DNA of 64,000 bases from Mobula hypostoma (GCF_963921235.1 NC_086118.1:22570001-22634000), one strand, 5' to 3'; counted from the first letter of the stretch, positions 37,804-52,160 are shown. Numbers and translations are program-made. Notes: a model not told the origin generated them from the sequence alone.

Positions 37804-40800
37804 CTCCCCCCCATGCTATGCCATACTGTTGCACCGTTACTTAAGGGTTGCTACTGAAAGGTTCACCATAAAGGCTGTGACCACCAACCTGCAAAAATAG
37901 TTTCTCTCTACTTATAACATAAGTTTGTGCTAATAATATGAAAGTTTATGACCCAAATCTTCAAAGTGAGTTGTCAGTCTTTCTTAACATGAGAATGGAA
38001 ACATCTTGAGGAAAAAATGTAAAGAAGGCTTGTTTTGAGCACAATTCTCTTTCAAGCTCTCATTTGAAAATGTACTGTATTGTAAAATGGACGAAAAGAA
38101 AGCCCCAGGATCTCAAAGCACAGAAAGAGGCCAGTCAGACCATTCAGAATGTTCTGATTCTTGAACAATAATCCTCTACGGACTGTGGCCTCAGTTTTAC
38201 AGCACTGGACTTCTTTTCAGATTGTCACCAGACATTGATCTGTTTGTGCGTTTGAAATCCAGCACTGGCGTGCTGAAATCTACGGCAATGCTAAATGTGT
38301 TTGGCAAACTACAAAGCTTTCTATTATTTACAGTTAATGTGCTCATGGTTATAAGATTGTGGGTTGGATCAAGAGTGCAAGAGTGGATTATTAATGATTT
38401 ACAGCTGTTCACTGCAACTTCAATCTGTTTTGAAGTTCAGGGAATTCAAAATCCAAAAGTCAAAAGAACATTTTAATTATTTATTACAACTGCTGGCACT
38501 GCTTGAAGGAGAGCTTTGTGTACAATAATTCAGTCCATAATAGCAGTGCCCAGCAAAGCACGTTACATTCTGAAAACTAAATCTCAAATGAAAAGAACTT
38601 GCTTGAACCACTCAGTGTGATGCATTGGAGAATACGGTCTGCGGATATTCTTAAAGATCGACTTTGGCTGTGAACCTATTCAATAATCTAGACAGGTGAA
38701 CCATTTATGTGCCTTTAATTTATTCCAGACTGCAAATATTGCTGGGATTAACATTTATATCTAGAAATGGGTGTTCACCCCTTTTCGTAAAATAGGTGAC
38801 ACATACAGCACCTTCTGCATTGTGTCCTTCTGTGTGATCCATCAATAAAATAGTGAAATGGTTGAAAAACCTAAAAATACTGAGTTGAAAAACACTATTC
38901 TGGGTTTGAATGCAGGATTATTAACCTGCAATGATCTCACCTGTGCAGATGTTGCCTGATCTTCTGAGTATTTCCTTACATTTCTATTTTTATTTTAAAG
39001 CAACATTGAATTATACATAAAAACATTACCTGTGCATCACCCAGTGGCAATTGCCTGCAGAGTCCACAGCGGCCATGTCAATGGCATTGACTGCTGTGAA
39101 GTGAGACAGTTCTCAGTGGCAGTCACATTATAATAGCATAAACTGCTGCCATAGAGCTGGGGGAAAATGGACATAGAATTATTGGCATACACTACAGGAA
39201 CTAGATCAAGGCCCAGTTTGCATCCATTTATTCTCTCCACAATTCTAATGAGCTCCCTCCCGATCCCAGCACTCAATTTCAAAAGAGACAATTTACAGCA
39301 GTCAATTATCCTCCTATCAACACACACATCTTTGGGATGTGAAAGGAAGCCATGGCAACTGGAGGGAATCTAAACGATCATGAGGAATACATGCAAACTC
39401 CAGATTGTACCAGATGTTGGCTCAGAACCTGGGTTCCTGGAGCAGTTTGGGCACAGGTCTCCTAAGTGATCTACCCTACTGGTACTAGTTCCACTGCGGT
39501 GAACTGAGGGGGGCAGGAGGATGATAATCATGACTGACTCATGAGCCTAATGCCATGTTCCCCAAAATACACTGAGTTGGGGATTCATGAGGGGATCGAT
39601 AATCATAGCAACCTGCACGGAGATGCCTGATATAGCAATGCTGAAAACTTTCTCAATGATGCCCATGGGAAAATAAAAATATTGAGTCAATAGCTGCTGT
39701 AGACCACCTGATAGCAGGCTGGAGTCAATGCACTGAGCTACATCATGACCAGGCTACTTTCAGTGGACTCAGGCACCTCTATCATCTGAGATATGATTTC
39801 TTAAAATCTGTGCAAGGCACCTAGGCCATAACTGGGTCCAACTTCTAGGAACGAAATCTGTCAGAGATCTTTCATAAATCCAAAACTAACTGAGAATCAA
39901 ACACGGTCTGAGCACATCAAGTGCTTGTAGACCAGTACACTGTGGTGTATAAGGTATCTTGACACAGTTAAGGACATGTATTCCAGACATTTCAGCTTCT
40001 TGAGACAACAGTGAAGTAGTTAGGCAAAACAGCAACTTAGCATGAACCAGTGTTAAAATATAAGTCAACTTTAAATCTCCTTAGACGTCTTTATCTCTAT
40101 AGTCTTGTTTTGACCGATATCCTATGAAGACTCAGGAACTTGGCACCCTGACAAGTTGAGTCCCTTTGTGCTGGACGTCACATTCCTGTAGCCCTGCCAG
40201 CACCACTCATACCCCGCAACTTCCAGACCCAGCTTTCCAGACGCTGGTGTAACGTCCTCAGTTCAATGGACTCAAATCTCTAGAATGTTTTGCCTTCCAA
40301 ACTCCCTTTCCAAACTCATTTGTCACCTCTCCCTCTTCTTTTGAGAGTTAATGCATCAAATAGCGAGCACTTAGTGATTAAAATTAAAGCCACTTTAAAG
40401 CAAAAACAGTAATGATTTGACAGCTTCTTCCCAATCCTATCCTAAATAGCCAGCAAAAGCTTAGCGATATATTCCAGGGTGGTAATGTAGGACTACTTAA
40501 CTTGCTTTGGTAGGGTCTTTCCCTGTAGTGGCTACTAGTGGCTCCATATGGGTACCGAGCACAGTCAGTTCCAAGCCTAAACTTCAAGAGTTTGAAGATT
40601 TTAAAATTTGATCTGGTGCTGCAGTGGGCAATGCAGTGTGGCATACTACATCTTGTGTCTTTGCAGCATTCATGCATTCTTGCTTCTTCCATCTCAGTAT
40701 CTCGTGATTACAGCTAAATAGGAACAGGAGAGTCAAAAAAAAACACTAGCAGCAGGGCTTCAGTTAGATCAATCCTATGGTAATTAGATCTGAGAATGAC

Positions 40801-40963
40801 TGTAGGGCCTTTGAATATTCCAATACTTACTTGGAGGAATTTAAAGCAGAACTAAGATTGGATGTTGTAGAAAAAATCTAAACACTTGTAATCTATGGAG
40901 TTAATAAATATTGGACTGATTGACGTATACAAGATGGAAACAAGACCTTCAGGTCAATTTGTC

Positions 40964-42479
40964 ATAGAAACATAGAAAACGTACAGCACAATACAAGCTG
41001 TGTCGAACATGCCCCTACCTTAGAACTACCTAGGTTTTACCCAAAGCCTTCTATTTTTCTAAGCTTCATGTAGCCATCCAGGAGTCTCTTAAAAGACCCT
41101 ATCGTTTCCGTGTCCACCGCCACCGCCGGCAGCCCATTCCACGCACTCACCATTCTCTGCGTAAAAAACTTACCTCTGACATCTCCTCTGTATCTACTTC
41201 CAAGCACCTTAAAACTGCCCTCTCATGCTAGCCAATTCAGCCCTGGGGAAAAGCCTCTCATTATCTTGTCCACCTCTGTCAAGTCAGCTCTTATCCTCCA
41301 TCGCTCCAAGGAGAAAAGGCCAGTTCACTCAACCTATTCTCATAAAGCATGCTCCTCAATCCAGGCAACATCCTTGTAAATCTCCCTTTCACCCTTTCTA
41401 TGGTTTCCTCCTCCTTCTGTAGTGAGGTGACCAGAATTGAGCACAGTACTCCAAGTGGGGTCTAACCAGGGTCCTATATAGCTACAACATTATCTCTCGG
41501 CTCTTAAACTCCATCCCACGATTGATGAGGGCCAATGCACCGTATGCCTTCTTAACCACAGAGTCAACCTGCGTAGCAGCTTTGAGTGTCCTATGGACTT
41601 GGACACCAAGATCCCTCTGATCCTCCACACTGCCAAGAGTCTTACCATTAGTACTATATTCTGCCATCATATTTGAACTACCAAAATGAACCACCTCACA
41701 CTTATCTGGGTTGAACTCCATCTGCCACTTCTCAGTCCAGTTTTGCATCCTATCAATGTCCTGTTGTAACCTCTAACAGCCCTCCACACTATCCACAACA
41801 CACCCAACCTTTGTGTTATTAGCAGATTTACTAACCAAACCCTCCATTTCCTCATCCAGGTCATTTATAAAAATCACAAAGAGTAGGGGTCCCAGAACAG
41901 ATCCCTGAGGTACACCACTGGTCACCGGCCTCCATGCAGAATATGACCCATCTACAACCACTCTTTGCCTTCTGTGGGCAAGCCAGTTCTGGATCCACAA
42001 AGCAATGTCCCCTTGGATCCCATGCCTCCTTACTTTCTGAATAAGCCTTGCATGGGGTAGCTTATCAAATGCCTTTCTAAAATCCATATACACTACATCT
42101 ACGACTCTAGCTTCATCAATGTGCTTAGTCACATCCTCAAAGAATTCAATCAGGCTCGTAAGGCACGACCTGCCTTTGACAAAGCCATGCTGACTATTCT
42201 TCATCCTATTATGCCTCTCCAAATTTTCATAAATTCTGCCTCTCAGGATCTTCTCCATCAACTTACCAACCACTGAAGTAAGAATCACTGGCCTATAATT
42301 TCCTGGGCTACCTCTACTCCCTTTCTTGAATAAGGGAACAACATCCGCAACCCTCCAATCCTCTGGAACCTCTCCGTCCTCATTGATGATGCAAAGATCA
42401 TTGCCAGAGGCTCAGCAATCTCCTCCCTCACCTCCCACAGTAGCCTGGGGTACATCTCGTCCGGTCCCGGTGACTTATC
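40964..42479 (-). mobile_element. 5'-truncated CR1 LINE with frameshifts, nested in an older CR1 tail (~40925-42620)
   Basis: [56 protein letters not shown] tail. CAATTTGTC TSD at 40955-40963 and 42480-42488. Confidence 0.93.
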
Positions 42480-42827
42480 CAATTTGTCCATACTAACCAT
42501 GTCACCTAATTGAGCTAGTCCCATTTGCCTGCATTTGCTCAGATCTCACTGAACCTTTCCTGTCCATGTAATAATCCAAACACCTTTTAAGTGTTGTAAT
42601 TGCACCTGCCTCCAGCATCTTGCTCTATTCATCAATACGTGGAGCTGCGTGTCTACGTCATACAGGTGGGAGCTGATTTTGCTGTAAGGTAGAACAGGAA
42701 GCGGTCATTGTAATATAAACAGATGATAAACAAGAGGGGTGTCTTTAAATTATGAGTAGGCATTAAACTAGAGGTTGGTGCAGTCCATAGATCAAAGGCA
42801 AATGAAAAAACAGGTCTGATGAAACGT

Positions 42828-45800
42828 TGTAGGTTTTTACAAAGAAAATGGTGTGAGGTGTCTTTTGTTTAAGAAAATCCGTAACAACTCATTTATTGTA
42901 ATCCAAATGCTGAAAACAAAGTGCGCTAACAGATCTTCATGTAGTTACATCATCACATCAGACCTGCCTCTTAAAGTGGACCCCAACTCAATGTCGGTGG
43001 TTGTGAATTATGTACGTTTCCTCCAATTACATAGCCAACCCCGCCCCCCAGAGTTCACTAAAACCGGCATTGTGAGGCTGTCTGAGTTCGGACAAGCCGG
43101 TCGGCTCGGGTCCTATGTTCCATGGCTGGAGGAACAGCAGAGGCCTCTGGCTCATCCACAGCTGTGTTGACATGCTCATGGTCATGTTGTGATGGCAGGG
43201 GCATGGAAGTGGAATTGTTCAAATCTCAGTGGGCTGGTTTAAGGTGATCTACTGAAATACATTTAGGCCTACCCCGTTTTTCTATGATAGAAGTTTTTTC
43301 TCTCCGTTCTAAAACGGGTAGCAGGCCAATATTAGGGGGCCTAAGGGGATTTTGGTGTGCATCATGGTGGATGAAAACAAACAAAGTGAAATGTAGGTCA
43401 ACAGCAACCCAAGAGTCCTATATACCATGATACCATGATGGAAGGTAGGAATAGGTGCAAAGGAATTGAATTTACTGAGGAGGGTGGAATGCTGTTGAGA
43501 GTCCAACCAGGCTGTCGTGACATCAGGAATCAAATCACCTGGCACTCCTAACTGATGCCTGTATACCAGCTCAGCTGTGATCGACTGCAGATCCTCTACT
43601 GGAGCTGTTCTGACCCCAGAAGACAATCATACCAACACTCATCCATTAGGGAAGCCTTCGAAGCAGCCTTTAAGGAGCGGTCAAACTGCTTTCATAAGCT
43701 ATTGGACTGCGGGTGATATGCCGTGGTGTGATGGAGCCTATTGCTGAGGTTCTGGCCATCACAGCCCAGAGGTCTGATATGAATTGGGGACAGCAGTCAG
43801 ATGAATTTTCAGATGGAATGCCAAACTGAGCAAACCAGATGCTGATGAATTTCTGAGCCATGTCTGCGGCCATTGACGATGCTAGAGAGACGATCTCTGG
43901 CCACCAGGTGATTCTGTCCACCATAGTATGGAGGTGCGTGAAACCGTGGGAAGTGGGAAGAGGACCAATAAGGTCCACATTGACATAGTCAAACTGTCGC
44001 TCAGGGGCCTCAAAAAGTGCCAATGGTACATGGACATGATGATTAATTTTTATCCGCTGGCACTCCACACAGACTGCAGTCCAATCATGCATGTCCTTTC
44101 TAAGGCCCTGTCGCACAAACTTAAGTGCAACCAATTTCTGTGAGGCCTTGTGGCCCGGAAGCAAGGGGCCATGTATGGGGTCAAAAAGAGTCCGTCTTCA
44201 GCTTGCAGGTAGTGTGGGGTGAGGATGACGGTTTGAGACATCACCCAGAAGAGGAACTCCAGCTTCCCCAGACTTAATGTCAGCCAACTGCAGGCCCATG
44301 ACTGCTGTTCTTTAGGCCTGGACCTCTGGGTCAATAGATTGGTTGGCTCCCATGCCAGCACAATCAACACCTATGTGTATGGCCTCAAGAGCAGGCCCTG
44401 AGAGACGATCAGTGGCATTTTTTTTCCCTTGATATGTTGTATATCAGTTGTGAACTCAGATATGTAGGCCAGGTGGCGTTGTTGCTGTGCAGACCAGGAG
44501 TCTGATGTTCTTTAGTTCATGGCATGCACGAGAGGTTTGTGGTCAACAAACGCTCTGAAATGCTGGTGCTCAAGAAGAAAAGGAAAATAACGGACAGCCA
44601 GGTAGAGACCGAGAAGCTCATTGTGAAAAGTGCTGTTCTTCCTTTCAGCACGACAGAGCTGCTGGCTGAATAAGGTGAGCGGCCACCACCACCTCTGACC
44701 AACTGTTATTGTCTGAGGCATCAGTAGTAGAGGCTATGGGTGTATTGAGGGAGTGGGTGCTCCAGTAGGGTCACATTGGAAGGAGTTCGCTTGGTATCAT
44801 CACATGATTAAGGGTGTTGCTTTTAAGCTCACGAAACAGGGAGAGAAAGTTCAGCAGCTCCCAGAATGAAACAGTGATAGAAATTCAACATACCTACAAA
44901 CACCTGCAGCTGTTTAGTAGTGCAGGGCAGTGTGAAATCTATAATAGCAGCTACTTTTGATGAGAGGGATTTTGCACCTTCTGCAGAGACGCGATGGCCA
45001 AGAAAATCAATGGTTGACAACTCAAACTGGCATTTAGTAGGGTTAATTAATCAACCAGTGTTGGTTTAAGCACTCAAAAAGTGTGCAGAGATGAGATACA
45101 TGTTTGGATTTGTACACATTGGTGACAAGTATGTCATCCAGGTAAACCAAAAGGAAATCTAAGTCTTTTAATACAGAGTCCATCAGCCATTGGAAATATG
45201 CTGCATTTTTCAGCCCAAATGGCATGCACAGAAACTCAAAGAGGTCAAAAGGGGTTATCATAGCCATTTTGGGAATGTCCTCCGAACACACAGCCACCTG
45301 ATGATAGACCCTAATTAGACTGACTTTGTAAAAAAATTAACTTTCTGGCTAACTGTGTTGAAAAGACTTTGATGTGTGAGACCAGGTAACAATTGGGAGT
45401 AGTGGACTCATTACGGCGTCAATAATCACTACATGGGCAGCAACAACCATCAGCCTTAGGGACCATATGAAGGAGCGAAGCCCAGAGGCTATTTGACCAG
45501 CATACAATGCCAAGTCTTTCTACGTTAGCAAACTCAGCCTTCATGGTTGCCAGCTTTTCTGGGTCCAATCTACACAGACAGGCATGGACTGGTGGGCCAG
45601 TTCGGGAAATGTGGTGCTCAACCCCCATGTTTTGTGACTGTAGTGGAGAATGTGGGCTTGGTGAGGTTTGGGAAATGAGGAGAAATGATGCACCTCTGCC
45701 TGGCTGTGTGTAGACTATCAGCCATTTTATCAAGCTCCCTATAGTCCTTCAGGGGTCCATAAGCGAGGGCTATGTGAACTTGATCATGCATTTGCTGCAC

Positions 45801-46407
45801 GAAGAGTTCTTTCAAAATAAAATAAGGATGGTGATTTGCTAGGAAAGACAGCACGTGATCCATTTGTTCTGATGGCTTAGCATCTCCGAGGCCAGGTAAT
45901 GAGAGCAAATGTTTGGTGTGCTCACACTCTGAAAGTCCTAATGTCTGTAAAAGGTGGGCTTTCAGCAATCGGCATTTATCACATTTAAGGGGGTGTTCTC
46001 ATAGACTCACTGCTCTTGATGCTGAGTGATGCTACCACATAGTAGAATTAGGTGTGTTCCATGGTGATTTCTTGCTGCGCAAATCGGGCATCAGCTTGTA
46101 CAAACCAGGCATCAGCATTTTGCTCCCAAAGCTCTGACAGTGTCAAAGGAACTGCGTTAGCCAACATGTTCAATGACTCTGGAATCATCCTGGAGCATCG
46201 GGGTCATCAATGTAGGTTTTTGCAAATAAGGCAGCATGAGGCATTTAGTATTTAAGAAAAACCGTAACAACTCATTTATTGCGATCCAAACCCTGAACAC
46301 AGAGAACATCATGGAATTATGTCATCACCTCAGACCAGCCTCTTAAAGTGAACTCAGTGTTGGAGGCTGGGAATTACGTGCATTTCCACCAATTACATTA
46401 CCCTACA
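42828..46407 (-). mobile_element. Decayed Ty3/Gypsy LTR retrotransposon (gag, RT, RNase H and integrase remnants; protease absent)
   Basis: LTRs 42828-~43040 and 46211-46407 (TGTAGG..CCTACA). PBS-like TGATGACCCCGA next to 46210 resembles tRNA-Trp TGGTGACCCCGAC. PPT GGGGGGCGG at ~43041-43049. Protein remnants MPFGLKNA, VYLDDILV, VDHKPL, CVECQ, VDLIGPL. TSD ACGT/ATGT. Confidence 0.92.
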
Positions 46408-47504
46408 ATGTCCTCAACATTGAACACTAACAGTGAACAGTGTTTAACTCGCTGCAGATGTCACCTGAGTTGCTGAGTATTTTCAACATTTTCTGTCTTT
46501 CTTCACTTTTTGAGGGTCATATCACTTAAGTAGGTGAAGGACTGGAGCAGGTCACAGTGTTAAAACTCATTAAACAACTCAGGGGGCATTATAGGGTTTT
46601 CAGAAGGTGTTGGGGGGGGGTTATGTACATATTGGATAGAAGAATCTGGGGGTCAATCCCTGCAGTTCTCCAGTTGTGACACAACTGAGTTAAGAAGAAA
46701 AGCTACTGCCAGAGAGGCTTTTGCTGTGATTAACAGAGTTACAATGGAAACAAGTAACAAGAGTGCCAAAACCAGACAGTGAAGGTTGTATGTTGGAGCA
46801 CTAAGGCACAATGGTGCAATCAACCTCATCCAGAGACAAGGAGAAACAACAATGCAACATGCACTCAGTCACAGAGAAGCTTCCTTGTGAATTCACCGGG
46901 AAGAATAGCAGGCTGAATGTAGGGATTCAAACCAGCATTCAGGCAAGCAGGAGTGATGTGTCATTTGCTGAGGAATTAGGTTGGATATGAATGACTGATT
47001 AAATCTTTATTGGCTAAGTCAACTGTTGAGATAGAGTTTGTGAACTACCATTGCCTGACCAAACATAAAATCATTTAAAATTTGAGGCTAGACTGAAACA
47101 ATTTATTTATAGCTTGCATTGTCAGTTCTATTTTGATTTAGTTCATGGTATTCTTTGGTTTCCATTCGTGCTAGGTAAATCAGTTAGTTTTGGTTACCGA
47201 AAAATATTCCACTCAAGAGATGTATCAACATTCGAAGAGCAACTAAGCTAAAATGGGAAACAATTACAATTCCAGACTAGTTCAGTCTCCAGCTCAATTA
47301 CTTCTTCAGCAACATATTTAGCTTCTTTCATGTATTGGTGAATAAGTTCAGTTCTTCACCCCATTTGTTGCCTGTGGCCTTAATCTTCCAGCATATTTCA
47401 TCATTATGGTGTCACTGGCACAGCCCACATGCAAGTTAAATAAGAAATTTGTGAAGTCACATATGCTATTCTTAAAATGAAATCAATGAAGATGTAAATA
47501 CTAA

Positions 47505-47622
47505 ACACAAAAGATTCCGCAGTGCGGGTAAAGAGTTTAAGCCCGAAATGTCGACTGTTTATTCCCCTCCAGATACTGACTTGCTGAGTTCCCACTGCAA
47601 TTTGTGTGCATTGGTCTTGATG
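47505..47622 (+). repeat. Degenerate PLE pLTR fragment
   Basis: GCCCGAAATGTCGACTGTTTATTCCCCTCCAGATACTGACTTGCTGAGTTCC. Confidence 0.65.
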
Positions 47623-49149
47623 AACATTTAATGCCAGCAGGGTACTTCATCAATGAAAACCAGTTAAAAAATTAACTCCCCCCCGAAAGACTTTAGAAAT
47701 GTTTTCTTTTGTTTCATGGGTTAAACATCAAAATATTTAGACACCAATCAAATTCTAAGCGTTTTTTCCCTTTATCTGGTTGGACAGAAATTGCATCATA
47801 TAACTGGTTGGTTGTGTACAGCATTTGATCTACCAGGCTGGTTTCATTAGCATGGAGAATTTTTTTTTTCAGATTTTCCCTCTTTTTGTCTCCTCTTTCT
47901 TATGTCCCAAAGGAGATCAGAAGCTCCATGAATGGATTTTGAAGCTGTGTGGGATTTAATGTAAGGACCAATAGTTTCAATGTCCTGACCTTCAGATTTC
48001 ATTTGCAAAAATCTGATGAACTTTATTCCATCAATGGAACAGGCAGTCCACAGGAACACAGATGTTACTGTAGATAAATTGAAACTTTCACTCAGCAATT
48101 TGGTGATTGAAATCCTGTGGAAAATTGTATGAAGTTAAACAGCAATTGAAAGCAATTTAAGTAAATGGAAATCCTGAGGAGAAGCAGTAATCTATTTCTG
48201 TTATTGAAAAAGTAGCAGTTGATGTGAATTTCAACTGAGAAAAGAAAGAATACCTGGTACTGATGCGAAAATGAATAGCTTTGACAGTGACAAAGGATAT
48301 CAGAAACATGAAAGGCAGAGATTTTTCATGTGTACACTAAACAAGTCAACCCATCAATTATTTGAAATTGAGTTAAGAGTTTGAGGTAAACCTGTATATT
48401 CAGGTATCTGACAGGAATAGTAAAAAGGGTCTGAATAATTTCTGAATAATTCAGAATGTTGCTGTGTGAGAAAGGAGGGAATAAAATCTCTTTTCAGACA
48501 AAGGAATACACATGTGGAAAAGGAGAAAGAGTGAAAGAGCAGGGCAAGGCTTGTGGAGTGAGGAAAACAGAACTCTATAGAGAGTACTCAAGAAAGATTA
48601 ATAAACTGTCAAAAGTGAAAATTGAAAAGTCATCAATCAAATTAAATCTGAAGAAGAGAGTGGAGAGGAAAAAATTTAAAATGTGTATATTTCACTAGAG
48701 TATCATTCTTCAGAAGAGAAGAACAATTATTGAAAATGTAATATCAATTTTGAGTAGTTGTTGCCTTGACAGCAAATCTAACAAATGGGAGGAGATTGGT
48801 TTATGTTTCTAGCTGTGAATTGATCAGTCATATGATTTAAATTTTAAGAACTACACAGGAGAGTGTCATATTTGAGACCACAAGCAATTACAGCAGTTTG
48901 GCAGCAGTAATCATATTGAATGAAAGATGCATTACTGGCATTGCACAAGGGTACCAACTAGAAATAAATACCAGAAGATCCAGTGTTTTAGTTCTTAGTT
49001 CTGAGTTCTTCAGTAAAGTATAATGCTAAAATATCATAGACTATGAATTGTTCATGGTGGAAAGAAAGAAGTTATTGGAAGGAAGTCATTTGCTCACTGT
49101 GGAACAAGCTGATGGTGTGATTTTCAGCAAGCTCTTCTGGTGATGCAGT

Positions 49150-50110
49150 TTTGCAAAGAATAGCCATTTGCGTTGCAGGATAAAATAACAACTTAATAGG
49201 ACTTAGAAAAGGTTCAAGAGAATAGATGTTGTTGATCATAACTGGTGAAGATGAAAGGTAAATTGTAAATATCTTTGTGACCCCCATCAGGAAAGCATTA
49301 GAAACTGTAATACTGCCTGGGGACTAGAAAGTGGCTTATTAAAGCCCAGTATTACAAAGGAACACAAACAGCTACAAGCAGTAAACATAGCATTTACTAT
49401 TGGTCACATATTAGTACACATGTTGAAAGCAGAGATAATGAAAGGCTAGGTTAAGTATGGTGCTAATGGATCAGCAGAGATCGAAGGGTAACAAATATTC
49501 CGCATTTCTTTGAGAAAGTGACATTGGTAATAGAAGCTCGAGTTAAGATAGATTTAGATTTCACTATAGTACAATCTCAGATGTGTCTGTGAATAGAACT
49601 GTGTTAACAAGACCATGGTCACTAGTGGACCGCTACAGGGATTGGCACAGGATTCATTGGTGTCTGCAGTGTAGATAAATGATTTGAGCTGAAGGCAGAA
49701 AAAAAGCTAAAGAACTTTGCAGATATTGCACAAGAATAATGGACAAAGCCAAGGTAATGTGTCTAGGGAAGTGAAAAAAAGTAGCAATATAAATTTAGGC
49801 TACAAACCTCAACAAGCTTCCTAAAACCAATAGTAGTGTGCAGCAGCAGTAAGGAAGGCTAATTGAATTTTGGGATTTATATACAGACAGATAGACCATA
49901 AATCCTAGAAAGTGATACTGAGTCAGAATAAGGCTTTGCTATCGCAAAAAAAATTCTCTGATCTCCTGCTGCAGTGCTATCCAGGGATTGGAGGCGGATT
50001 AGAAATAAACAATTGATCTAAAAACTAAGATTTACTTTGTGACCGGAGGTTGGAATTTTTTGAGGTCATTTACTTTGAATGAAAAGTTTTGAGAAATATT
50101 ATTCAAATTT
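49150..50110 (+). repeat. Ancient CR1 ORF2 remnant
   Basis: Degenerate coding, in CR1 order, for PGD*KVA, DLDF, SGPLQG, FAD, KAN.ILGFI. Confidence 0.5.
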
Positions 50111-50566
50111 TCATATAAATCAAATGTGATAGTAGGACACTCAGCCCCTGAGCCTGCTCCAGCACTTAGTAAGATCATGGGTGAACTGATTCTAATCTCA
50201 GCTCCACATTCTTTTGCAATTCTGGATCCCTCCAGGAGGAGATATATAGGGCTATTATTCTGGCTGATTGTTTGCAGCTAGCAGTGAAATAATGCACTCT
50301 CTGTTGACCTCTCCTGTTCAAGAAGAATTGATCCTAGACAGGTACAGATGTCATGAGAAAGTCCGTGGCGAGCACAGGCAGATCCATCAGTAGACATGTT
50401 CCATTCCAATCATTTTCACAGTCAATGGACCAAAATGCACAAATTCTACCCATTGGTTCAGTTGTTTCATTGAGCGTCAAATAGGAAGAAATGATTAAAT
50501 TGGCAATTGTAATATTACAAACTATTTAAAAAACTAGAAAAGAAGATTTAATTTTAATAGCATTTG

Positions 50567-51112
50567 CACTCAGTGGCTACTTTATTAGATACAGGAGGCA
50601 CCTAGTAAAGTAGTGATTGAGTGTATTTTCATGGACTTCTGTTGCTGTAGCACTTCAGGTTTTGTTTAGAGATGCTCTTTTGCACAACACAACTGTAAGA
50701 AGTGGTTATTTGAGTTACAGTCGCCTTCCTGTCAGCTTGAACCAGTCTGGCCATTCCCTCTGACCACTCTCATTAACATGATAGTTTTGCCCATAGAACT
50801 GCTACTCACAGGATGTTTTTTTTTTGTTTTTCCACTATTCTCTGTAAACTCTAGAGAATGCTCTGCATGAAAATCCACAGAGATCAGCAATTTTTGAGAT
50901 ATTCAAACATCCCATCTGGTACCAGCAATCAATCCACAGCCAAAGTCATTCCGACCTTCCCGCATTCTGATATTTGGTCTCAAAAACAACTGAACCTCTT
51001 GACCATATCTGCATGCTTTTATACATTGAGTTGCTACCATGAAATTGGCTAATTAGATATTTGCATTGGTGAGTAGGTGTACAGGTGTACCTAATAAAGT
51101 TGCCGCTGTATG
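50567..51112 (-). mobile_element. Non-autonomous Tc1-like element, second copy
   Basis: CACTCAGTGGCTACTTTATTAG...GTACCTAATAAAGTTGCC, colinear with 18337-18849. Confidence 0.8.
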
Positions 51113-51770
51113 TACTTTACTTGAAACAGTCGTCTGAGCAGTTTACAATCCACAAATGGAAAATTAGCTTCTTAGTATCAGAATATTTACTAAAGTATAA
51201 ATGACGTTTGGAATTGCATTAAAGTGTAACACTTGCAGAGCATTTTACAGTGAGAATAACCTGAAAATGTTCATCAATTCAATGAGTTTGTGCGTTAGCA
51301 ACAGAGAAGGCGGCAGAAGAGCAGAGCTTAGAAAAAAGGGCTGAATAACAAAGTTGCTGTTACCTTTACAAGAAGGTATCAAAGGTCATGGTCATCACCA
51401 CGTCAAAATTTGGGTCAATAGTTCACTTTCATTGCCTCTAACAAGGGAGCATGACTAAATATCTATGTAGGTGTCAGTGGATTTAGATGGAAGCACAGCA
51501 GTTGTCTGTTTTGACACTAAAACGTTCAGAGTTTCCACAGGTGCACAGTTAATTGCAGAACTCTTGAACTTGAATGGGATAAGTGTATATTTGTCAGGAC
51601 CCTCTACAATGAATTCCCCATGGAGTCAACTGGTGGAGTTAAGTCTTGCTAACATCCACCAAAGAATTAGCTTCCTGCCTCTGTCTCAGGTTACACATGA
51701 CGCATGATCTATGACCCCATTGATCTCATAAACATTGTAAGGAAATGAAGGGAAATAAAAATGTTTCTTT

Positions 51771-52160
51771 TTCAATGGTTCTATTTAATATCAAAGAATG
51801 TATACAATACACAACCTGAAATTCTTACACTCCACAGACATCGTCAAAAACAGAAAAACACTGAAGAATGAATGACAGAAAAAAATGTAGAGCCCCAAAG
51901 CTCCCTGCTCCACTCCAATGCAGGAGCAGTATCCACCCTCCCCTCCCCCTCCCCCTCCCCCTCCCCCTCCCCACTTATTCTAGCATAAAGCATCAGTATT
52001 CGCACCACCCACCATGCAAGTAACAGCAAAGAGAGACCATCAGATACATCAAAAACTAAATGTTCACTCCAACATCTCAACATCCCTCAGGCTCTCTCTC
52101 TCACTAACAAAGGAGATACAAATATCGCCCCTTCCACAGTGACAGGGGAGACAACAGCCA
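51771..52160 (-). repeat. Non-autonomous element of the 6208-6996 family, containing (CCCTCC)n
   Basis: Reverse match to 6690-6995. Confidence 0.65.

Noticed and set aside
51936..51972. (CCCTCC)n tract as a regulatory G-quadruplex
   Set aside because: Simple microsatellite expansion inside a repeat.
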